A stretch of DNA of 64,000 nucleotides, from NCBI GenBank assembly GCA_030390025.1, contig CM059425.1, positions 165,294,001 to 165,358,000 of the forward strand. The letters are read 5' to 3'. Source of the DNA: Squalus acanthias (Eukaryota). The position numbers were made by a program, and so were the translations under genes. Below the pieces are notes generated by a model. The model ran no database searches, was not told where the DNA came from, and worked only from the letters and a program-made list of their open reading frames with translations. Shown here piece after piece: positions 1-10,958 of the stretch; position 1 is the stretch's first letter, and the number at the start of each line of letters is the position of its first letter.

Positions 1-397
1 GAGAGGTGATCTAATTGAAACATATAAAATTCTTAAGTGGCTTGACAGGGTTAATGCTGAGAAAATGTTTCCCCTGGCTGGGGAATCTAGAACACGGGGT
101 CATAGTCACAGAATAAGGGGTCGGCCATTTAGGACTGAGATGAGGAGAAGTTTCTTCACTCAAAGGGTTGTGAATCTTTGGAATTCGTTACCCCAGAGAG
201 CTGTGGAGGCTCAGTCATTGAGTATATTCAAGACAGAGGTCAATACTTCTTTGGGAACTAAGGGAATTAAGGGATATGGGGATAGTGCTGGAAGGTGGAG
301 TTGAGGTAGAAGATCAGCCATGATCTTGTTGAATGGTGGAGCAGGCTCGAAGGGCCAAATGACCTACTCCAGCTCCTATTTCTTATGTTCTTATGTT
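1..397 (+). mobile_element. CR1 LINE, 3' end (ORF2 C-terminus and 3' UTR)
   Basis: ORF 65-304 (MFPLAGESRTRGH...FFTQRVVNLWNSLP) is the CR1 ORF2 C-terminus; it ends in the CCTACTCC...TTCTTATGTTCTTATGTT tail; near-identical segments occur at 18350-18676 and 37520-37847. Confidence 0.9.
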
Positions 398-1084
398 AAT
401 CTTTCATTGTTAAATCCTTAAGGAGAAGTTGAATATACCTGTGTATAAATGGAAACTCATGCCACCAGTCATATAGTATTTAATCTTAGTGCACTGACCG
501 AATGTTTTAATTAAGACGGTGTTGAAATTGCACTGAGCACTGTTTAATGTGCTTGTGTAAAATTTCTATTTTCCCTATTTTAATAAAGTAATTTATTTTA
601 AATATGCTAATGAATCTCTTAAAACAGAAATAGGAATTTAACACAAACAAGTAACCAGTGCACTAAAAATAGCGCTGAGCGAAACTTCAACTCCATAGAG
701 ATGATTACAAGAGAATAATTTCATTGGGCAGCTCAAACAATGTCTTAAACTGCCAAAATAAGTTTTCAAATGTTATAGTTCCCATCTGAACCTAAATTGA
801 AGTTGTAGCCTTCACTCTAGAGTATCTATTACTTTCTGCAATATGTTTGTGGGATGGTTCTATTCTATTTTGGGTCTGTTTCCTTAAGTGTGCAATGGGC
901 ATGATAGCACATATCAGCAATCACAAATGAGAAGACCATCTGGCCTATTTTAGCTTATCCATTCAGAAAGACCACACCTTGGCATCCTACTGTTTCTTAA
1001 ATGATTCTAGTGCTTTTGCCTCTACTACTCTACCCTGAGAAAGCAGACCACAATTTTTTAATCCCTTAGATATATCAGGTGACT

Positions 1085-1490
1085 GGAGGCTAGCACTCCA
1101 GGAACTTGAGCACATAATCTAGGCTGACACTTCAATGCATCATTGAGGAAGTGCTGCACTGTTGAAGGTGCCGTGTTTTGGATGAGACGTTAAGCCGATA
1201 CCTCGCTTACCCTCTCAGATGGGTGTAAAAAATCCCATGGTACTACTCGAAGAAGAGCAGGAGAGTTCTCTTGGCACCCTGGCTAATATTTATCTCACAA
1301 CCAGCATTGTTAAAAATACAGATTATCTGGTCAAATCTAACCACTGCTGTTTGTGGGACCTTGCTGTGCACAAAGTGGTTGCCGTGTTTCCCTACATTAC
1401 AACAGTGACTACACCTCAAAATACTTAATTGACTGTAAAGCACTTTGTGACGTTGAGTTCATGAAAGTCGCTATATAAATGCAAGTTGTT
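1085..1490 (+). mobile_element. DeuSINE (SacSINE1/AmnSINE1-like) with L2-type tail
   Basis: Deu-domain-like core (GGATGAGACGTTAA...AATCCCATGGTACTACTCGAAGAAGAGCAG) and a tail ending CGCTATATAAATGCAAG; second copy at 13317-13615. Confidence 0.75.
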
Positions 1491-1572
1491 TCCTTTAATT
1501 TCCTACCCAGTGCTCCTTGTGCTGGTCCTGATCAACCCTTTAATAGAAGTTTTTAAAATTATAAATGGTATT

Positions 1573-1787
1573 TGACGTAATAAAGACTCACTACGCACTT
1601 GAACATAAAGCAAGGCTTTAATCAACTTGTAACAAAACATGGAGGTCTAGTTAGCAGTCACTAGCTTCCTGTTTCCAGATTGTCTCTGCCCAAGGTGGGC
1701 CCATGCCTGAGTATTTATACTCCCTGGACGGCGCCCCAGCTGGCCGCCCAGTAGTACTTCCTGAGTTGTTACTTGCGATTTATGACA
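1573..1787 (-). repeat. 3' LTR (215 bp)
   Basis: Matches 5870-6084 except one G/C (caaggtggg vs caagctggg); TATAAATA and ATTAAA on the minus strand. Confidence 0.97.
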
Positions 1788-1803
1788 TTCTTCCTCCCTA
1801 AAA
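1788..1803 (-). other. Polypurine tract
   Basis: Minus strand reads TTTTAGGGAGGAAGAA immediately before the TG of the 3' LTR. Confidence 0.85.
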
Positions 1804-1825
1804 GGTTTGGAAGTCCAGTCTTCCT

Positions 1826-4375
1826 TTAACGGACTAGGCGGACCAGAAATAGCCGTAAACGTTTAGCTCTCTGCTTGTGACTGGAAGGCACGTCTCCCCG
1901 GACCGTGTCCTGGTCCCTGGGTCGCTTGGCCCATACCGGTAAGTCAGTAGAGTCCGCGTCATCTTGATCATCCTGTGGAGGACTGGGAATATCATGACTC
2001 CGGGTGCAGGTCCCCACAGGTGCTGAGCTGGCCTCATCCCGGGTCGTGGCTGGAGATTGTCCGGCGTCCTGGTTTCGGGTGGCCATCCTACGGGGAGCGT
2101 CCAGCTCCCTGAGTTGATCCGGTAGCGTTGCCGGCAGATCCCCCGATGTCCCAGGCGGGGCGTCATTTTCATAGGGGTGCGGAGTGTTGATATCATTGTC
2201 GGGGGATCCTTCATCATTCGGGCCCGTGTGACCGGTTGGGCAGGGAGCCAGATCTCGGAGCGAGACGGTGGTCTCCCGGCCATCAGGGTACCGTACGTGC
2301 GCATACGTGGGGTTTACCTCCGTTAACTCCACCTCGTCAACGAGAGGGTCGTTTTTGGCAGACCGGACGAACCTCCGGAGTAGCACCGGGCCTGGAGCCA
2401 CCAACCATGACGGTAGAGACGTCCCATGTGTAGAGCGACGCCGGAATTTGAAGAATCGCTCATGAGGCGTGACATTAGTAGATGTGGAGAGAAGAGACCT
2501 GATAGAGTGTAACGCGTCGGGGAGCACCGTTTCCCACTGCTGGTCCGGCAGGTTGCGTGACCTTAGTGCCAGACGGACAGCGTTCCAGATGATGGCATTG
2601 TATCATTCAACCTGTCCGTTACCGATTGGGTGATATGGTGTCGTCCTACTTGAGGCGATTCCCCGTTGGGAGAGATAACTTTTAAGTTCACTCGACATAA
2701 AGGAGGGACCCCGATCAGTGTGGATAAAATTGGCCGTCCTGCAAAGGGAAAAGACCTGATCGAGGCATTTAATTACCGTAGAGGTAAGCATATTAGGGCA
2801 GGGGAAGGCGAAGGGAAAGCGTGAATACTCGTCCACCATCGTAAGTAGGTAGGTGTTCCTTGTCGACGAAGGCAATGGCCCATTAAAGTCTATGCTGAGC
2901 CTCTGCATAGGCTGCATTGCATGTATGAGTAAGCCATCTGATGGGCGAAAGAATTGTGGTTTCAATTCTGCACAAATCCTACAGGAGGAGCACGTTTTCT
3001 TTACGTCCTCGGTTGAAAATGGTAGATTTTTGGAGCGCACAAAGTGCAACATGCGGGTCACACCAGGATGGCATAAGTCCATATGCAAATCCGCCAGAGT
3101 CGACGTTGACATTGAGGAGCAAAATGCCCGTGTGAAGGTATCTGGGGCCATGTTCTGTTTGCCGGGTCGGTAACAGATAGTATATCCAAAGGCAGCCAGC
3201 TCCATCCTCCAGAGTTGAATTTTATTATTTTTGATTTTCGTGCGCCTCCGGTTATCCAACATGAAGGCCACAGAGCGCTGGTCAGTTATAAGCGTAAAAT
3301 GACGCCGAGCAAGAAAATGACCCCATTGGCGTACAGCCTCGATGATGGCCGTAGCCTCCTTCTCGACGGGGGGGTAATGGAGCTCGCTACCCTGCAAGGT
3401 TCTGGATAGGAATGCCACGGGTCGGCCACCTTGATTCAAGGTAGCGGAGATCGCCACCTCCGATGCATCGCATTCGACCACAAAAGGAAGATTTTCGTCA
3501 ATGGAGCGAAGCGTGGCTTTCTCCAGCTGTCGTTTGAGGAGGTTGAAGGCAGAAATAGCCGTAGCTTCCAATGGAAAAGACTTCGCATGGAGCAGGGGGC
3601 TGTATTTTATCGGAGAAGTGTGGTATCCATTTTGCGTAATAAGCAAACATGCCAAGTGCCCGACGAAGAGAGCCGAGGTTCGTCGGGGGAGGGAGCTCCT
3701 GAAGTGGACGAAGTCGCTCTGGGTCCGGTTTAATAACACCGTTGCCCACCCAGTAGCCAAGAATGTTCACCGATGGCACCGACTTCACCGATTTGGATTC
3801 GTTTAACGTTAAGTGGCGACGGCGGAGTACGTCAAAAAATCTCTGAAGATTGGCGTCATGCTCCTTTTGATCATGGCCGGCAATAGTGATATTGTCTAAA
3901 TACGGAAAGGTATCCGTCAAGTTCTCTTGCCGGACTAGGCCATCCATGGCCCGTTGGAAGACGACCACCCCATTGGTGACCCCGAATGGAAGGCGGCGAA
4001 ACTGGAAAAGCCGACCATTGGCCTCAAAGGCCGTATACTTCTTGTCGGAGTCTTGCAGTGGCACCTGATGGTACGCGCTTTTTAAATCGAAGGTCGAGAA
4101 TACCTTGTATTTGGCAAGGTTGTTGACCATGTCATCTATGCGTGGCAGCGGGTAGGCATCCAGATCGGTATATAGATTAATAGTCTGCGAATAATCGATA
4201 CACAGACGTTTTTTATGTTGTTTTAAGGGATTCCTCACGATGACGACCTGAGCCCGCCAGGGAGATGAACATGGCTCGATAATACCGTCGACTAAAAGGC
4301 GAGAGATTTCCGCCTCAATAAACGCTCGATCGTCTTGGCTAAAGCGCCGCGATTTGGTGGCTATGGGTTTACAGC
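1826..4375 (-). pseudogene. pol: Gypsy pol (RT, RNase H, integrase), broken by a frameshift at ~3595-3599 and an in-frame TGA at 2603-2605
   Basis: RT motifs RLCIDY, FSTFDLKSAYHQV, LPFGVTNG, PYLDN; RNase H motifs VECDASE, EKEA, LITDQRS; integrase HHCC (H..HPG...CRIC) and D-D-E (IDF, HTDRG, GQVE). ORFs 2603-3760 and 1826-2527 are in the same frame. Confidence 0.93.
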
Positions 4376-5769
4376 GGGGGGGGAAGATTGGCAAACAGGG
4401 AGGGTTCACCGAGTAAGGCCGCCGAGAGTGCACAAAACGGCACCTTAGAAATGGTAAGCTCCGGCCTTGACCCTCCAAACTCAAAAGTGATCTTCTTGTG
4501 CTGCTTCTGGAAGTCCTGTCCCAGAAGCACATCGCTGCATAAGTTTGCGAGTACTCCGAGCCGGGTGGAGAGATACGTGCGGCCGTTGAGGATGAGGTTG
4601 ACCAGACAGAAGCCAGAAGAATTGGTGGTCAGAGTCGTCAGAGCCATTGCAATCTCCCTGTCCGAGGGATAAATGTGCAGTTTTAACCTGTTGACAGCCC
4701 GCTTACTAATGAAGCTGTCAGAGCTGCAGGAGTCGATTAGCGCGCTTAGAGTGTGCCCATTTACTGAAACCTTCGTGGCTGCATGGGACAAACTTTGGGG
4801 AAAAACAGCCGTGATGGGAGGAGGGGCAATTTTCCCTTCGGCAACTGTAGCCTTAACAGTGGTTCCTGGGGGAGGAGCAGCTCCATAGATAGCAGCTGTG
4901 AAGCTAACAGGAGCTCTCGACCGGTATAGTTTAGAGGAGCGGCCTTTCTTGTTAGCAAAGGCCCGTGACTGGCATACCTTGGAAAAGTGTCCTTTCTTGC
5001 TGCAATGATTGCAGGTCACATTACGAGCCGGGCAAAATTTTCTGTGATGGCACGCCCCTCCACAAAAGAAACACTTTCTTCCTGATTGCCAGGATGCTGC
5101 TAGGGCGGGGTCATCATCAGCGAAGGCCTCTAGGGTATGGTTGTCGTCTGTTAGAGTAGAGTCGACATCAGTGGGGGCATCCGCCCGAGACCTACCGAAA
5201 GACTCATTAAAGGAGATAGCCGCCGCCCGTGCACGTGGTGGGAGATAAGTGTCTGCATTTTTCTTGGCCAAGTCCAAGGAACACGCCTGGTCATAAGCAG
5301 CCCGTAAATTGAGGGTTTTATTTTCCAGCAGGCGCTGACGTATAAAAGGGGACGCGATCCCATTGATAAAGGAATCGCGGATTAGTTCCTCTTGATACTG
5401 TTCAGCTGTAACTGCTTTAAGGTTACAATCCTTGCTGAGCCTGCGAAGTTTCTGGAGAAATTCATCGAGTGATTCCCCAGGCTGCTGCCGAGCTGTGGCC
5501 AGTAGGTGTCGAGCAAAGATTTCATTTGGGGACTTGACATATAGCTGCTGTAAGATTTCGATTGCAGTGTCATAGTCTATACAGTCCTCAATATAATCAT
5601 ACACATGAGGAGACACATAGTTGATAAGCATTCGTAACTTATTAGGGACATCCGCCCCACATTCTTCAAGAAAGTTGCTAAAGGTACGAAACCAATGCTT
5701 CCATACCTTCGCTGCCGCAGGTGCATTCGGGTCCAGGTCGAGACGAGCGGGTCTAAGGAGTTTTTCCAT
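4369..5769 (-). CDS. gag: Gypsy gag plus aspartic protease; frameshifts into RT at the G8 run 4376-4383
   Basis: 466-aa ORF with knuckles CFFCGGACHHRKFC and CNHCSKKGHFSKVC, protease motif ALIDSCSSDSFI, and LLGQDF. Confidence 0.9.
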   Translation of the reverse strand: MEKLLRPARLDLDPNAPAAAKVWKHWFRTFSNFLEECGADVPNKLRMLINYVSPHVYDYIEDCIDYDTAIEILQQLYVKSPNEIFARHLLATARQQPGESLDEFLQKLRRLSKDCNLKAVTAEQYQEELIRDSFINGIASPFIRQRLLENKTLNLRAAYDQACSLDLAKKNADTYLPPRARAAAISFNESFGRSRADAPTDVDSTLTDDNHTLEAFADDDPALAASWQSGRKCFFCGGACHHRKFCPARNVTCNHCSKKGHFSKVCQSRAFANKKGRSSKLYRSRAPVSFTAAIYGAAPPPGTTVKATVAEGKIAPPPITAVFPQSLSHAATKVSVNGHTLSALIDSCSSDSFISKRAVNRLKLHIYPSDREIAMALTTLTTNSSGFCLVNLILNGRTYLSTRLGVLANLCSDVLLGQDFQKQHKKITFEFGGSRPELTISKVPFCALSAALLGEPSLFANLPPPL

Positions 5770-5855
5770 GATGGATCAGTTTCTTGCCCTAGTTCCCTTC
5801 TGTGGTTCGAGTTGCAGCTGGTTGTTCCGAATCACCCAAAGCGTGGAGACGATAT

Positions 5856-5868
5856 CAAGTTGATTAAA
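5856..5868 (-). other. Non-tRNA PBS-position sequence, complementary to LTR bases 5914-5926
   Basis: Minus strand TTTAATCAACTTG begins 1 nt after the 5' LTR end, lacks the TGG start of a tRNA PBS, and is the exact reverse complement of CAAGTTGATTAAA inside the LTR. Confidence 0.75.
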
Positions 5869-5869
5869 T

Positions 5870-6084
5870 TGACGTAATAAAGACTCACTACGCACTTGAA
5901 CATAAAGCAAGGCTTTAATCAACTTGTAACAAAACATGGAGGTCTAGTTAGCAGTCACTAGCTTCCTGTTTCCAGATTGTCTCTGCCCAAGCTGGGCCCA
6001 TGCCTGAGTATTTATACTCCCTGGACGGCGCCCCAGCTGGCCGCCCAGTAGTACTTCCTGAGTTGTTACTTGCGATTTATGACA
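5870..6084 (-). repeat. 5' LTR (215 bp)
   Basis: Direct repeat of 1573-1787; TATA box at 6016-6009, ATTAAA at 5919-5914. Confidence 0.97.
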
Positions 6085-6965
6085 GTATTGATAGGATGAA
6101 TAGGCTAAAACTAGTTCCTCTGGTTATGCAGTCAGTGATGAGCCACTACTGATTTAAAATTGTCAGTAAGAGAGTGAGGAGCCAGGTTAGGAAAAATGTC
6201 TATATACAATAATTTATTATGGAATGCATTGTTACATGGAGTAGTTGAGGCATAGACAATTCCATCATTCAAGAGAAGAGTACAAATTAATTTGAAGCAG
6301 AGCAAAATGCAGGGCTATGGGAGGAGAGCAAAGCAGTTGAATTAGTTTTCGATTGCTTATAAAAAAAAGCTGGCATGGACCAAATGGCCTTCTCCTATAA
6401 TGTAAACCTCTATGGCTCACTGAGTAAAATTTTCTGAAACTCTGTGCCATCAGCAGGGTTGTGCATGTAGCAGATAACTTATCGGATTTAAATCATAATC
6501 CATTGAAATCAGTGGATGGCTGGGCAATGTGCCTGTGATTTTCTCAGAAGCTGTCTGCTACATTTGATGCTCCACTACTGCTACAAGAATTTTTTGCCCT
6601 ATAAGTTCATGCCATGTGTTGATCATTACTTAGGTGGAAAAAATCTTCCTGACATCAGTACAATTTACTTTGTACCACATTGAACCTGTGTCCCCTTGCC
6701 CTACTCTGTCAGTTTAGTTTGAAGGAGTGTTCTGGATTTGCATTTTCTATACTGTTACTATCTTCAGTTGCATTCACACACTATCCTTAGCATCACTGCA
6801 AAGCAATGTTTTACTGCTATTCTCAGAAGCAACAACAACACTGAACACTGAGACAATTATAATCATTTATCGGCTTCATTATTTTTCAAATCTTTTAATT
6901 CAAAAGTTATTTTTGTTTATTCTGTATAGCCATGACAGTTATTAAAAGCATCTTTTTATTTACAG

Positions 6966-7069
6966 AAGTGCTAACTTCATACACGAATCTTAAGGAGACA
7001 TCCTCTGAATCAGCACTAAGAGACTTTTTAACAGCTTATAAAAACAATGCTGAACAAATGCAAGATGTG
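6966..7069 (+). CDS. Probable internal coding exon of an unidentified host gene
   Basis: Acceptor tttttatttacag and donor GTG|gtgaat; only one frame is open (VLTSYTNLKETSSESALRDFLTAYKNNAEQMQDV); flanks are non-repetitive and AT-rich. Confidence 0.5.
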
Positions 7070-7732
7070 GTGAATGCACTGATACCATTCCAAAATCAAT
7101 AGTGATGGTGCGAAATAACATATTTTACAAATTACAGCATGATTGCATGAACAGCATATGTATTGTTCCTTAAATTATTCTGCAACACTGGGCAGATGCC
7201 TGGGTACCAGAACGTCCATTGAAAGTGGACATTAGGCATTTCTAGACTATGGGGGAGAAATTCAGTTGGTTAGCACCTCCCGTTAGCGCCTGTCAGGGGC
7301 GCTAAAGGGACGCGAATGAAGTAGCGCTGGGTTGAGGTGAATCCAGTGCCGCACGCCAAATCCAGTCACCCCTTAGTGCCGCCACTAACAGTTAGCGCCT
7401 GGGGCTTTAGTGCCAGGTAGATTGTGACATCAACGCTGACTGAGTGCCCGATCTGCCAAATTGATTATCGCCCGCTGCCTTAGCGCCTTGCCCCGACAAC
7501 GAAAGGAAGAGGAGGCCTGAAGCAGGCGGATGGCGGCTCCAGGGGCACTATTTAAAGGGATGAGTCGCAGCTGTCAGGTTAGTGCTGTTTCACTGCTTCC
7601 TTGTCAGTTTGCGATTGTGCAAGAGCTAATTCAGTCATTTAAAGGTTCTTTAGTATCAGGAGTGTTGTAGCTACTAAAAATTTGTTACATTTATTCTGAC
7701 AAAATTTCAAAGTGCTACACATCATTACATTA

Positions 7733-8896
7733 ATGGGGGCTGTATTGGCAGTCGACCTTGCCCTCCAGGATCTACTGCAGAGGGAGCGGAGGCAGCGCGA
7801 AAGATTGCAAGATGTGGCCAGAGGGAGGGAGGAGGGCTATCAGGGCTCTCAACAGGAGGCCTTACCCTCCGAGGGTATTCCGAGAGCACTTCTCCTACCT
7901 CCAATTAAGCAAGGAGCAGTGTATTAGGAGGCTCTGCTTCACCAAGGAGATGGTACTGAACTCTGCCTCCTCCTGCAACCAGACCTCCAGCCTCAGCCCA
8001 GGGCGACCACGGCTCTCTCAGTGACAGTCAAGGTCACCGTCGCCCTCAATTTCTTCACCAGTGGTTCCTTCCAGTCTGCAACAGGAGATATAGCGAACAT
8101 CTCGCAGTTCGCCGTCCATCGCTGCATCCGGGAGGTCACAGAGGCTCTCTACAGTAGGAGAAGGGACTAGATTTCCTTCCGCATCACCAGAGAGAAGCAG
8201 GACGAGTGTGCATGTGGCTTTGCCAGGATAGTGGGCTTCCCCATGGTGCAGGGCGCCAGTGACTGCACCCACGTGGCTTTGCGGGCACCGCATAACAATC
8301 CTGAGATCTTCCGTAACCGCAAAGGCTACCACTCACTTAATGTGCAGTTGGTATGCGACACACACAGCGAATCCTCAATGTGAATGCCCGCTCTCCTGGC
8401 AGCAGACACAATGCCTTCATCCTGCGCCATACCGGTGTGCCAGCACTCTTCCAGCCACCACATCAAGCTTGCGGCTGGCCAGTTGGAGACCAGGGCTATC
8501 CACTCTCCATCTGGCTCATGACTCCCCTCCGCAACCCCAACACTCCTACCCAGCACTCTTATAATGAGAGCCATGCTGCCACCAGGAACATCATCGAGCA
8601 GACCATCAGTGTGCTCAAGCAACGGTTCTGCTGCCTTGACCATTCGGGAGGAGCCCTGCAGTACTCGGCTGAGCGGGTATCCCATTTCGTCGTGGTCTGC
8701 TGCATGCTCCACAATTTGGCCATCATGAGGGCCCAGCCCTTGCCACCAGGGATTGCGGGAGGAGTAAGAGGGAGAGGAGGAGGGGGATGAGGAGGAAGAC
8801 GAGGAGGAGGAACAGGAGCGAGGGAGGAGGCAGCCACTCAATCTGCCTTCTGGATGGACGGACCGTGACCACCTCATCAGACTGTGGTTCCAATAA
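7733..8896 (+). pseudogene. Harbinger DDE transposase (HARBI1-like), several frameshifts
   Basis: Across frames: [57 protein letters not shown], an acidic tract, then RDHLIRLWFQ*. Confidence 0.9.
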
Positions 8897-9059
8897 ATTA
8901 AACCCCAGAATCCCGTTGCTCACTCTATCATTCTATCCCTGTCGCAGGCTATATCATTGCGCAAAGATGAAATGAGAGACCCTACAAAATTAATCAAAGC
9001 CAATTAATAAATTTATCAATAATCAGTGAACACATATTTACAACAACAATATTAACTAT

Positions 9060-10958
9060 TCACCCTTGTGCAATCCCTTAGTGCCTCTCATTACTGTGCC
9101 TTTGCCTACTCTAGTGCTCTTATGAAGTGTTGGCCAGTGGCTGCAGCAGAGCTGGTGGAAGGCTGCTGAGTGTCCGTGTGGGAGACTTCAGATGGCCTTG
9201 CAGGATACCCTTGACCAGCTCTGGGCCTGGAAGGCCAGGCTGTAGACTGCACCACCTTGGCATGGGCGGCAGCAGTCTGGGCTGGCTGGTTGACAGACAG
9301 CGACAAGGGCAATGGTGGAGTGCCAGTGGTGGGAGCAGGAATGCTGTCATTCTGAGAGAGGACAGCAGCTTCCTGCTCCACTGACCCACTGCCACTCCTC
9401 CGGGGCAGCACCTCAGCATCACTAGTAATCACCTGGAGCACAGATTGCTGGCCTGCTGTGACACTGTGAAAGCCCCGGTGGACGGTGGTCAACCCAGCCA
9501 TGAGCGCAGCAGTCAGAGCGAGCGTGGCATCAAGCTGAGACTGCAGGAGAGCAGTCTGAGAATCGATGGCACCAAGCATAGACTGCATTACAGCACCAAG
9601 CCGTTGCGTAGCTTCTGCCTGTGCTGTAATGGAAGCTGCGACATCGCCCATCACACGCGGCATGAGGTCTGGGTCGCCACGGTCTCTCTAGGAGTCTACC
9701 ATCCTTTGCTGACTGCAAAAGATGGGCTCCATGGTGTGCACAGAGCCTTGTGCAATGTTGGAGGCGGACTCCTTCACGCTCCTTACCATTGCCGTGAGGC
9801 TCTCTGGCAGCCTTGCCATTGCACCTATTATCTCCATGTGCATGCCCATCACCCTTCTTCTAAAGGCCTCCCCATCGAGGTCCTCATCTGAGTCCTGTGC
9901 AGCAGAACTCGCACGCGAACTCGCCCTCCGGGGAGCTGGTCACCGAGCTACCCTTTTCCCCTGGCCTTGCTGCAGCCTGCTCGTCCCCGGTGCATCACCC
10001 TGTGCAGATCCTGCTACTATACTAGCCTCTAAGGAACGCGTAGTGCCAGTATCTGAGCTGGTGCCTGTGGGTGAGACATGCAGTGACGCGGTGTGTTCTT
10101 CATCCTCCTCTTCTCCCCCCTCGCTCTCTATGATACCCTCAGGGACAGGCTGCTCAGCTGCTTGCTCATTATCTGAAAGCAGAAAGGCACAAGAGTCGGG
10201 TTAAGGTGAGTGGAGGGGGCAGGAAGGGAGAAAGGCATGCATGGAGCATGATTAGCTGGAAAGTGCAAAAGGTTTGTGGGGTGAGGGGGTAGTGGGATGT
10301 GAGAAGAAGGAGTAGGGAAGAACATACCATTGTTGTCCCCAAGAGGGTCAACGTCGCCAGTGGCCACGGCGCCCACCATCTGGCACCCAATGATTTGCAA
10401 CACTCGAGTCTCCAGCTCAGACAGTGGTTGGGTGTCGGCTTGTCCCCCGCCTGTGCGCTCCTGCTCCCTCCTGTTGTGAGCGACCTTGGCCTGCAAGAGA
10501 GAGGAAAGTGTGTGAGTGAGTGTGGAGCAACGCGTTTAGGAGACGTGCCTGCCATAGTTGAATAGCTGTCATTGTGTGCAAGGTGTGAGATGTGGGTGTG
10601 AGTGTTGGTAGGTGGAGATTGTTGGTGGGTAAGTGCTGGGGTGTGGTGCTTTGGGCAGTGAGTGCAGACTGAGGTTTAGATGGTGGTATGTAGCATTTGT
10701 TGAAGCATTGACTCACCCTGACCACCCGAGTGAGGTCGTTAAATTTCTTCCTGCACTGTGTGTGGGTCCTGAGGACCACAGTGCAGCCCGAGACATGCTG
10801 GGCTACCTCCCTCCACATGGTGCAGAAAACTTGCGGCGAGAGTCTCCTGCCAATTACCGGTACAGCACTGTCCTCCGTCTCTCCACAGCGAGGACCAAGG
10901 CCTCCAATGCTTGGTCGCAAAATCTGCGAGCTCTCTCCCGGGGCCGTTGATCTGCCAT
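9060..10958 (-). pseudogene. Harbinger Myb/SANT-like protein gene, 3 exons (10958-10717, 10490-10328, 10172 to ~9060), frameshifted
   Basis: MADQRPRERARRFCDQALEALV...WREVAQ...QCRKKFNDLTRVVR|gtgagt; exon 2 AKVAHNRREQERTGGG; canonical GT/AG sites. Confidence 0.85.

Larger units (their letters stand above)
1573..6084 (-). mobile_element. Full-length Ty3/Gypsy LTR retrotransposon (Mag-like gag with two CCHC knuckles)
   Basis: Two 215-bp LTRs with TG...CA ends, GTATT TSD at 1568-1572 and 6085-6089, PPT next to the 3' LTR, and domain order gag-PR-RT-RH-IN. Confidence 0.97.
1540..6415 (+). mobile_element. Old CR1 3' fragment (1540-1572 plus 6090-6415) split by the Gypsy insertion
   Basis: Removing the LTR element and one GTATT copy restores IEVFKIINGIDRMNRLKLVPLV, followed by a CR1-type 3' UTR (GGACCAAATGGCCTTCTCCT). 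Confidence 0.65.

Noticed and set aside
4369..4390. Programmed ribosomal frameshift between gag-PR and RT
   Set aside because: It is one extra base in a homopolymer, and a similar extra base occurs inside pol at 3595-3599; mutation or sequencing error is simpler.
2236..5877. Short antisense and alternate-frame ORFs over the Gypsy element (and likewise over Harbinger and LINE coding regions)
   Set aside because: Expected shadows of GC-rich coding sequence with no independent motifs.
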